Assembly (NCBI GenBank): GCA_038087875.1
Contig: CM075993.1
Span: forward strand, 8,000,001-8,064,000
Reading direction: 5' to 3'
DNA from: Malacoraja senta
Taxonomy: Eukaryota
DNA length: 64,000 bases
The translations under genes were made by a program, and so were the position numbers. Below are positions 53,195 through 64,000 of this stretch, piece after piece. The notes under the pieces are model-generated. The model made no database searches and had not been told where the DNA came from. It was given only the letters and a program-made list of their open reading frames with translations. Each line of letters begins with the position of its first letter. Within the stretch, counting starts at the first letter, position 1.

Positions 53195-56100
53195 AATATT
53201 CCTTTCTTTGTCTCTGGGTCTTTGGTCTAATTGTGCTATAATGAGTAACTTTGTGCATTATTTATTCTGTTATGGGAAAAAGATGAATTATAAACTACTG
53301 ATGAAATTACACATGGTTCTCCTGCTAAAGACAGAGTGGCTCCAATAGTCCGACTTAGCACTGCGTCACATTCATTCCTGTTGCAAGGGATGCATAGTGC
53401 CATAAGTAATGTCATCAGCTAAAACAAAATTAGCCCTCTTTGTATTTATACCCAAACTAAACAATTTATTGTAATATAGAGCAATTTTAATGCTTTCATT
53501 TTGTCTACAACTCTCCAATATGCAACAGATCACAATTCATTAACCTGTAAACAAAATTATCTAGATATTTCCGTTAGATATAGTCGTACAGCAAATATTT
53601 TCTTTAGTTATAGTCATACAGCACGGAAACAGGCTATTTAGCCCAACTCGTCCTTACCAACCAAGATACCTCTTCTAAGGTAGAAGAGGTATATGCTCAC
53701 ATTTGGTCCATATCCCTCTAAATCTTTCCTATCCATGTTTTCTTAATGTTGCTTTTGTACCTGCCTCAACTACATCCTCGAGCAGCTCGTTCCATACACC
53801 CTACACCCCTTCAGTGAAAAGTTGCCCCTCAGGTTCCTATTAAATCTTTCCCCTTTCACCTTAAATTTATGCCCTTTGGTTGTTGATGTCCCTACCCTTG
53901 GTAAAAGACTGTGTATTCACCCTATGAATTCATGATTTTATACACCATAATTGGATCACCCCTTAGCCTTTTATCGTATATCTATGGAGAGGAGAGGACA
54001 GTCATACTCGTTTCGAGTGACCGCCGATGATGATGAATTGATTACTGCTTCCAATGACAATATAGCCTTCATAAATATCCTATCAATTAAAGACCAAGGA
54101 AATTGGACTGTGAACTGCAGAGGCAAAATGGACAAATCATACAGAACAGACAACATTTAACCAGACATTCAACCCAAAAGATTGGTGATATTTATGCTGC
54201 ACATAATGCTCCTCTCCATCTTCTTCAGCTAACAGATCATTTTTTATTACACATGTACTAGTAGTGGACTTCCCTACACCTATTCTATCAACCCTCTTCA
54301 GAATGTTCAACACCTCTGCTGGCTCATTACCCCAGTCTTTTCTTTCCCAAAAGTCCCAGCTCCTTTGATATTTCCTGAGAACAATAACCCATCAGTTCTG
54401 GATTTAGTTGTGACTCCTCTTTTGCAACTCTTTTGATGTTTTTTCATCCCTGCAACATGACCTTAAATATTCATTCTATTTCCTCTATGTGATATAACCA
54501 AGGATTTAAACAGGTTTACCAAACCACTATTCAATCCAATTGGCACAGAAATTAGGCAATTGCTTATAGTTCCTTTTTATGTCAATGTAAACTACACCTG
54601 TATGTGAAAAAACAAAAAAAAATCACTACTAAATGGTATCCAAAACCTAGTGATCATTCAATTATTATCCGATTTCCATTCACAGAAAGATCAGATTACC
54701 TCCCAAAGCTTCCCACCATCAAAGAAAACCACACAAGACAATAGACAAGATCAAATAAATTAGAAATGTAGGGGGGGGGGGGGGGGGCAGGATTTAATTT
54801 TTAAAGCTTGAAAGGCAGTGAACATTTTTTTTTCAAAGCAAAAAATGAAAATGTCATAAACATCGTTTTTGTATTAGTGTGGAGACAGTCTATTTTAATT
54901 TTTGTAGATATATCTGTATTGTTAGTGCAAGGCAAAACAAAATATAAAACAGATACCATTCAGATATCTATCTTCAAATTATTAATCAAAAATCATTTGA
55001 TGCTCAACAATAGAGAAGCCGATCTTGCTAATTGTTTTGCAAAAACATACTGACCAATTTAACTACCTGGCATATCTACCAAAAGCACACTGACCAATGT
55101 AACAAAGTACAATAGTTACAGATTCTGTCACTTTTGTGCATGCAGAAGAGCCCAACGTGTGCCAATGTTAATGGATCCCACCATGACCTGCCGCACGAAG
55201 ACAAGCTAAATATTGCTGCAGGGTAATGAACACTTGACACAATAGCTTCAGCGGGACATACAATCTATTATATCACAGCACATCACACAGAACTAATGAG
55301 GAAGTGTCATTGGACATGGTTCCTTTTGATTTAGTTACAAGAGCTAGAAATCACTTCACTGATTTCTCATTTACTATTCATTTGCCAACTTTATGTTAAG
55401 CAGCATGTGTTAATAACATTACTGAACGGAGTTAAGCATCTATAAATGAAGTTAATGAACATGAACAAACCCTGAGGGGCATAAATGGCAAAATACTCCT
55501 GGCTAAATACTGTAGACTTTCCATCCACAACCAGAGCTTAGAAATCTCTGCAGGCACTCCTGTTGGAATCATCAGCATTCACTCAAATGAACTTTCAAAG
55601 TAATTCCCTGTTAATAATTAAAGTTAAATTAAAATACTCCATTTTTTTAAAGGAATATTAAGAAGACTATAATTAGATTCTATACAAACCACCCTGCCTC
55701 CAATCTTGAATGATAATAAGAACATTTTTAATTTTTTTAAATGGTAAAACTTTCTTTCCTTGGGCCTTGTCAATAAGAACTGCAGATTCATGCTCAGTTT
55801 ATTGACTGGTGAATCTTAAAATTGCTAAAACAGAGACATTCATTCTAACTTTCCTCCTTTTCATAGATTCGGGGGCGGAAGGACGGACGCACGCACGCAT
55901 ACGCACACACACACATATATATATATATAAATAAGACTTCCACCGATTAGAGAATTTATCTGACACATCATTAACCTGAGCAAACTGGTTCTTCATTTCA
56001 CTGAAAACCAGCTATTTTTGTTAAGTAAAAAAAACCACTCCCACCTCTCTTGTTCAGCTTTCCCTCTCCCACTCCATCAATCTGAATAAGGATCCCCTCC

Positions 56101-56402
56101 CCATATGCCCCATTGATGCTGCCTGACCAGCTGAGTTCCTCCAGCAGCTTGTTTTTTGCTCTCCTTGTTGCTTTCATTCCAACAAAAAAAGTCTCTATTA
56201 GATCTGTATTCCTTGGAGGTTTAGAAAAAAGGAATGGTGATCTTATTGAACCATTTGATCCTGAGGCGGCATGAAGGATAGATGTTGAGATATTTTCATT
56301 AGAGGGAGAATCTTAAATGAGGGGCCATAGTCACATGTAGTCATTTAAAACCGAGATGCGTGGGAACTTCTCACAACCAACAATGAATCTCTGGAATAAG
56401 CT

Positions 56403-56497
56403 GGTCTGAAGAAGGGTTTCGGCCCGAAACGTTACCTATTTCCTTCGCTCCATAGATGCTGCTGCACCCGCTGAGTTTCTCCAGCATTTTTGTGTAC
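56403..56497 (+). ncRNA. Short Penelope-derived insert with a minimal hammerhead ribozyme motif
   Basis: ggt-CTGAAGA-a-GGGT ttcg GCCC-GAAAC-GTT-acc; 14-bp TSD CTCTGGAATAAGCT. Confidence 0.7.
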
Positions 56498-57020
56498 CTC
56501 TGGAATAAGCTATATGGTTCCAAGTGACACCAAAGTGAAATAATAATCATGTCTCCAAAATAATGTCTGGCAATGTATGTTCTGTGCATGGATTTTCCTC
56601 ACTCATTTCAAGGCCAGATGTCTCAGGTCACATATCACCCCACAACTTATGTCACAATGCTTTATAGAATTCTTCACTAAATGGCACCAAATGCAATGCT
56701 TCCCCAGTGACTCTTTCAACAAAATATATTTGATGTTATAGTACCAGAAACACAAACCATGGTTCAATCTATGATCTAGGCTTTCAAAAATAGCCTAGCA
56801 TGGAAACAGCATTACTTAATTTTTAGTTTAGTTAGTTTGGTTTATTGTCATGTGTACCGAGGTACAGTGTTGCATGCTAACCAGTCAGCAGAAAGACAAT
56901 ACATGATTATAATCGAGCCAAAGATAGACACAAAAAACTGGAGAAACTCAGTGGGACAGGCAGCATCTCTGGAGAAAAGGAATGGGTCGAGACCCTTCTT
57001 CAGACAATTGAGCCATTCAG

Positions 57021-57046
57021 TATATATATATATATATATATATATA
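57021..57046. repeat. (TA)n microsatellite
   Basis: Direct reading. Confidence 0.9.
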
Positions 57047-58009
57047 AATATATAATAGAGATTTAAAAGAGTGGAGCAATTATAATGCGTGATTGCAGGC
57101 CCATTTCTGTGACTAGCACACAAAGAGTCGCCTGCTTTGGGTGCCATCTTGTATCCAAAGACCCCCCCCCTTTATGATCAAGGAGAACTGACCCAGTTTG
57201 GGGAAAGGGGTGAATTAGCTTATTCAACTCCCAAATTTCAAAAGGTATTTTAAAAGAAAAACTGAATGGCAAACTGTTTTTGTATGTTTCGCTATCTTTT
57301 CATTCACCTACAGCAGTCTTGGTCTTCTACCTTTAATGAATTTGATATACTCTCGTAAACCAATCCAAATAATGAATACTATATTTATCAAATAGTCTGG
57401 AAGAAACCAAATGATTCAGTATACAAGAGAGTTACAGCTTGCATTCAGAGGCAAATTAATTACCGAAAATGGCACTTCAGACCACCCACCGCCTGTGCCA
57501 ATCAGTAACCACCCATTTTCATGAACACTGGTCTAATCCCATCCTTTCCCCATTCTCCACCCCCACAAATTCTATCACTCACCTACATAATAGGGGCAAT
57601 TTATAATGGCCAGTTAACCCAGCAGCATGTATGCCTTTGGGACATGGGAGGAAACCCCTGCATTCACAGGGACAATGTGCAATGTCCACACTTACAGCAT
57701 CCAAGATCAGGCCTCTGGTGCTGTGAAGCAACAACTCTACACATCATATTATTAATCCTGAGCAGGTAGCCATGTGTTGCCGATATACAACAAATGTAAA
57801 ACAGAGAACAGAAATAAGGTTAGAAGGATATGACTTGTGGAATGTCATAAAGATTGGTGCTGAAGCTGCAGAAATCCATGATCTACACCAATAATTCTGA
57901 AAAAGGAACGAGGTACGTTGTATTCCAGTTTGTTGATACAAAGCTCGATGGTTGTGTTGACCTCAGATGAGGCAAGGAGACATATGACAGGTATAGATGC
58001 TATACCTTA

Positions 58010-58325
58010 CTGGGCAGGGTTGTGGTTACCTAAAATTGGAGAATTCAATGTTCATACCATTGGGTTGTAAGCTACCCAAGCAGAATGCCCAAGAGGTGTT
58101 GTTCCTCCAGTTTGCGTATGGCCTCACTCTGGCAATGGAGGAGGTCCAGGACAGAAAGATCAGTATGGGAATGGGAAGAGGAGTGAAAATGGTTAGCGAC
58201 TGGGAGATCCAGTAGGCCTAGGCAGACTGAGCATAAAATGTTCGGCACAGTCTATGCTTGGTCTCGCTCATGTAAAGGAGGCCACATCGGGAATACCAGA
58301 TGCAGCAGATGAGGTTACAGGAGAA
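58010..58325 (-). mobile_element. Penelope-like GIY-YIG fragment, decayed
   Basis: Homologous to 3090-3400. Confidence 0.7.
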
Positions 58326-59249
58326 ATCATGAATATTTAAGACAATGAGCTTAAAGGAAATCTTGTGAAGATATTCACATATGATGAATATTTAGTCGGG
58401 AAGAACTGCAGATGCTGGTTTAAATCAAAGGTAGCACAAAATGCTGGAGTAAATCTGAAGAAGGGTCTTGACCCGAAAAATCACCCATTCCTTCTCTCCA
58501 GAGATGCTTGACCCGCTGAGTTACTCCAGAATTTTGTGTCTACCTTAGATGAATATGTAGCTTGCACTAAAAGGATACAGATCGTATATAGACAAATGGT
58601 TTTAGTGTAGTTGGGCAAAACGACTGGCATTGACAGGAGCAAAAAACTAAATGTTGGAAACTCAGTGGGTCAAACAGCATGTGACTTTCTTCAGTCTGAG
58701 TGGAGTAGAGGAAAGCTGGAAAAGAGGGGCGCGGAAGGGGCACAGACTGCCAAGTGATACAAAAATACAGGTGAGGGGGTGGTGATTGGCCGATGGGTGG
58801 AATAATTGACAAAGGCTAGAGGTTAAACGAAAATAAGAGTGTCAGGTGAGAAAAGAGGAGTGATATGGAAAGTCACAATGAGTGATAAGAGTGAAAAGGG
58901 ACAGGGGGAGCGGAAAGGGGGGGGGGGGTTAAAGGGAAACATGGGAGTCAGGAATGGGAGATGTGCAGAGGTGGAAGGCAAAGGAGCCAGATAACTAGAG
59001 TGGTGGAAGATGGTGAGAGAAATGTGTGCGGGCATTATTTGAAATTGAAGAATAGACATGGTCAGATGAAGGCACTTTACTGTAACTTAAATAAAAGATG
59101 TTCAATACTTTCTCATTTGACTGGCAAGAGTTTCTCTAGTTTTCTCATAATAACATAAACTAATCACTAAGTAAAATAAATTCAGCCATTATATTGAGAG
59201 AAAGGAGATAAAAACGAAGAAATTCTCATGACCGTACAATACAATTATT

Positions 59250-60230
59250 TTCTGGTTGGCATCCAGTGACTAGCGGAGTTCCGCAGGGGTCGGTGCTGGG
59301 GCTGCTACTCTTCACGTTGTATATCAATGATTTGGTTGAGGGGATTGAAGGCTTTGTGACGACTTTGCGGATGATACGAAAATAGGTGGTGGGGCAGGTA
59401 CACTGCGGAAGGACTTGGACAGGTTGGGAGAGTGGGCAGAGAAATGGCAAATGGAATATAGTGTAGCAAAGTGTGGAGATGTATTTTGGTAGCAGGAATA
59501 AAGGCATATTCTATTTTCTAAATGGGGAGAGAATCCAGAAATCGGTGGGGCAAAGGGACTTTGGGACTGTTAACCAACAAGTTAATCTGCAAGTCGATAG
59601 GTAGTAAAGAAGGCAAGCGCATTAATTTCAAGAGGGCTAGAATACAAAAACAGGGATGTAATCCTAAGGCCCTATAAGCCACTGGTCAGACGCATTTGGA
59701 GTACTGTGAGCAATTCGGGGCACCATATCTGAGGAAGGATGTGCTGGCCCTGGAGAGGGTCCAGAGGAGGTTTACAAGAATGATCCCAGGAATGAGCAGG
59801 TTAACATACAATAAGCATTTGACGGCACTGAGCCTGTACTCGCTGGAGTTTAGAAGAACGAGGGGGTACTTCATTAAAACATACCAAATAGTGAAAGGCT
59901 CGGATAGAGTGGATGTGGAGAGGATGTTTCCACTAGTGGGAAACTATAGGACTAGAGGTCATAGCCTCAGAATTAAAGGACGTTCCTTTAGGAAGGAAAT
60001 GAGGAGGAATTTCTTTAGTCAGAGGGTGGTGAATCTGTGTCACAGAAGGCTGTGGAGGTCAGTTCAATATATATTTTTAAGGCAGAGATAGATTCTTGAT
60101 TAGTACGGGTGTCAGGGCTTATGAGGAGAAGGCAGGAGAATGGGGTTAGGAGGGAGAGATAGATCAGCCATAATTGAATGGCGGAGTAGACTTCATGGGC
60201 CGAATGGCCTAATTCTGCTCATATCATCTA
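59250..60230 (+). mobile_element. CR1 LINE fragment, decayed RT
   Basis: [19 protein letters not shown] and FADDTK motifs. Confidence 0.88.
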
Positions 60231-60979
60231 TGACAATAAAGCACATCATAAACATTTTATTGTGTGATTAGGTATTTCACCCAGTTGGTGGATGCAAATA
60301 GCAACAATAAAGATAAATGATGCATTATCTTTACGTGATGCATCCAATATTGGGAGAATACAATTTTAATAATATCCTCAGTTTAATGGCTCAATTCATA
60401 AAAATACCCCGACAACTTACCTCTCTCCTTGAAGTATATTTATGTCTCAATTTATATTGCATACATGTCCTTGAGCATAGTGTACAGAGGACGCTGTCAA
60501 GGACTACAGTGCCAACAAATTGACTAAATCAACATTGAGATTGAAACTTTTAAAGAGCAAGTAGAACCAACTCTAATTTCCATTAATAAAGTATCTTACA
60601 AATTATGAAACAGTTCACATAACCTGCTAAATTGGATTGTAAGGAAGCACATTCACAAAATAAAATTATCCAGTACTCTTCTGAAGAAGAGAAGGGTACA
60701 TCTCAACATTACCATGTACAATTGAAAGTTCTCCAGAGAACCAAAAAAACAGGAAAAGGGAAAACGACCCAGCAGACCAGTCTTCAGACAGGACAATGCA
60801 AACCAGTTCCAAAGCAAGATGCAGATGTGGGCTAAAGCAAAACCATTGAAGTTCCTATGAATGGGAGTTTTAAATAAATACACACACAGACAAGAAACGT
60901 GTGAATGGGGTGATGTGTGCTGGAAGTCGGAGGGGAACTTTACAACATGAAACATAGATTTCAAAACATTTTCTATCCC

Positions 60980-61472
60980 ATATAACCATAACAGCACGGA
61001 AACAGGCCATCTCGGCCCTTCAAGTCCGTGCCGAACATTTTTTTTTATTAAAAAAAAAAAAAAAATACTTCCCCCTAGTCCCATCTACCTGCACTCAGAC
61101 CATAACCCTCCATTCCTTTCCCGTCCATATACCCATCCAATCTATTTTTAAAGGATAACATCAAACCTGCCTCCACCACTTCCACTGGAAGCTCATTCCA
61201 CACAGCTACCACTCTCTGAGTAAAGAAGTTCCCCCTAATGTTCCCCCTAAACTTCTGTCCCTTAATTCTCAAGTCATGTCCCCTTGTTTGAATCTTCCCT
61301 ACTCTCAATGGGAAAAGCTTATCCACGTCCACTCTGTCTAACCCGCTCATAATTTTAAAGACCTCTATCAAGTCCCCTCTTAACCTTCTGCGCTCCAAAG
61401 AATAAAGACCTAACTTGTTCAACCTTTCTCTGTAACTTAGTTGCTGAAACCCAGGCAACATTCTAGTAAATC
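60980..61472 (-). mobile_element. CR1 LINE 3' fragment, same subfamily as 7250-7840
   Basis: ORF 61075-61461 matches 7252-7596. Confidence 0.88.
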
Positions 61473-62557
61473 TAGTATCCCAAATGTAATAAGATTATAT
61501 TGAAGGAGTTTCACTCTTGAATTTGATTGTTGTACCTCGAACCTCAGCAGAGCAGATTTACCAAAGCAATTTCATCAAATGTGCACACTAACTAGAATGC
61601 TTGTCCAGGTAATCAAATTACAGTATTTTTCTCGTAGTTTCTTCACCTTCAAAGCCTCTTTCTCTTCCTCTCCAATTATATGGTTTCACAGCTTCCTGGG
61701 CTTTCAAACAGCATAGTTTTTCTGGCATATTCTGGACACATATTCCAACAAAATTTAAACATCTGATCCATTCTTCATCATGCTATACCGTGCCATGACA
61801 TGTTTATTTTTGAATAAATGTATTTTATCTTCAATCCTATCTTCCAACTATTCAGAAAGGATGGTGTAGCTTCCTAAACTACTTGTTTTTTTTTAAATTC
61901 TCAGTGGGGGCATTTCTGACAGCAATATTATTATTCTATTGTTATATTTAAAAAAATAACAAATGCTTTTTATTAATATTTCAAAAGTACAACTTTGTCA
62001 AGTAATACAATTCTCTATATCTGTCATGCAAAGCAAACAGCATGTTTAGAACAAAAGCAGCATAATTTCAACAAAAACTAAAATGAGATTACCTTCAAAT
62101 AATTTGGAACAGCTTTAGATGTTTCTGTCATTAAAATACAAATGTTCCCCAAAATAGAGCCCTTTTATTAACACACAAGCCTTTGGTATTTGTGCTTTGA
62201 AATATCTTTTCAACTGCTGCTCTGCTAAACTGAGATCCAAGCAAACAATGAAACGATGATTGTCAGAGTTAAAACAGCCCCAGAAAGCATAAATCAGGCT
62301 GAGTGAAAGATTTCAGTTTGAAGAAGGGACCCAACGCGAAACATCACTAATCCACGTTCTCCAGGGATGCTGCCTGACCCGCTGAGTTACTCCAGCACTT
62401 TTGACCTTTCTTTTGCAAACAAGAATCTGCCGTTCCTAGTTTCTAAGTACCTCTGTTTACCTTTAAGAAAGTTTGTGTCTTTTTTTAAAAGCATAGATCA
62501 GGAGTTTGTCTGGCATTCGGCAATATAGGGAGAACACTATCAATTTGAGAATGAATA

Positions 62558-62710
62558 AAGGGCCTGTCCCACTTACGCAATTTTTTCGGCGACTTGCCAG
62601 CACCCATCAGTCGCAGCAGGTCGCCAAAAATTTAAAAAATTTTGAAAATCCAGCTGTGACCAGAAAAAGGTACGACTCTTTGGGCAACTACTCACGACCA
62701 AACAGGCGTC
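62558..62710. mobile_element. Fragment of a related MITE family
   Basis: Starts taaagggcctgtcccac, similar to the TIR above; no right TIR seen. Confidence 0.5.
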
Positions 62711-63309
62711 ACAGAGGGGAAAGAAAACTACTGTATAATTGAAGAAGTCAATATAATTGAACCAAATCAGCTCGTGTTCAGGCGATTGTCATGTGGAAGC
62801 ACTTGTTTGAATTGTGACTAAATGTGAAAGCACTTGTTTGAATTGTGGATTTGTGGTCATTTATAAGTAGGAGAAAATGGTCTTAAGATTGTCGAATTCT
62901 ATGAATAAGATAGAAAGATGATAAAATCATACTCAAACAATACACGTCAGAATGTAGGAGAAAACAGCTTTAAAAGTATGATGAACAATAATCATGGGAT
63001 AGTGTGAACATTTTCACCAATTTCAAAATTAATTACAAGACTGGAATAATGAATAGATTTCAGAGCAGTGACAATTGATATATTTGCCACAAGTTTTGAA
63101 TTCCTAAACAATATTAATGATCTGATCGATTTTCAGGCATGCTTGTCCACTTTAATAGTTTTGTGAATTTGACGAGAAGGCAAAATCTGTTTTTTGAATT
63201 TTTACTTCATTGGTTACTTGATAAAATAAGGAAGGGGGAAAGTTTGCATTTGAAAAGCACCTTTCATGAAAACAGGACTTCTCAATGCTCCTTACACTCA
63301 ATTAAATGC

Positions 63310-63590
63310 TTCAGATGTGGAATCATTGTGGTAGCAATAGATATGGGAGTCAATTTGCCCACTGTAACATCCCAAAATCAGCTAAGCCACAGATAATCAG
63401 CTCAGTTATATTCATTGACATTGCCAACTGACACACCATCCATGTTCCTCTTTGAAATTGTGCTATGTGATCATTTGAATGGACAGAGGCCCAGTTTAAC
63501 GTCACATGTGAAAGACATTGCAGGATTCTCTAATACTGAACTAAAAAGACAGTTTAGATTTGTACGCTCAAATCTCATAAGTGAAAGTGC
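63310..63590 (-). mobile_element. Ancient Deu-domain SINE relic
   Basis: cctctttgaaattgtgctatgtgatc...gcccagtttaacgtcacatgtgaaaga. Confidence 0.5.
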
Positions 63591-63597
63591 ATTCTTA

Positions 63598-63925
63598 TGG
63601 CCCTGTCCCATGGTACGAGTTCATTCCAAGAGCTCTCCCGAGTTTAAAAAAATCAAACTCATGTAAGCACGGAGAATGAACGTAGCGGGTACATCGGAGC
63701 TCGGGGACGTCTCTTAGCGGCTCGTAACGCTAACGGCAGGTACTCGGGACGGCTCGCTAACGGCAGGTAAGCTCGGGAAGCCTCGTGAAGATTTTTCAAC
63801 ATGTTGAAAAATGTCCACGAGAGCCCCGAGTACCGACGAGCGGCAATTACCGTAAATCTCCGACATCGAATCAGGGCAAACTCGGGAGAGCTCTTGGAAT
63901 GAACTCGTACCATGGGTTGGGGCCA
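63598..63925. mobile_element. Second copy of the same MITE, opposite orientation
   Basis: Same TIRs; interior is the reverse complement of 14855-15185; flanks TTA and TAA. Confidence 0.85.
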
Positions 63926-64000
63926 TAAATTCAGTTCAGAGATACAACATGGAAACACGTCCTTCAGCCCACTGAGCCCACACAGACCATCAATCACCCG

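Overview
Eukaryotic DNA, most likely a skate or ray; this is inferred from the elasmobranch-type repeats (HE1-like V-SINEs, CR1/HER1-like LINEs, Penelope derivatives). The window holds most of a SIN3A gene on the minus strand: 17 coding exons, all with GT-AG boundaries, running from the ATG at 42078 down to 619. They splice into one open frame of 3285 nt (1095 codons) covering PAH1-3, the HID and part of the C-terminal region. The last exons lie left of the window, and no promoter or first exon was identified. The introns are dense with transposon remains. Most notable: (1) a young Gypsy LTR element at 44610-46965 with LTRs differing at 1 of 206 nt, gag/protease/most RT deleted, an antisense RT fragment and antisense PPT copy at the deletion junction, and an intact integrase frame, inserted in a Tc1 terminal repeat; (2) many 90-230 bp Penelope-derived inserts carrying hammerhead-ribozyme cores, with 12-16 bp target duplications; (3) three GC-rich non-coding retroposons sharing covarying 3' hairpins; (4) a solo LTR; (5) a 3-codon uORF whose stop overlaps the SIN3A start codon. 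Repeat boundaries are approximate unless a TSD is quoted. Repeat family names come from recognition, not database searches.
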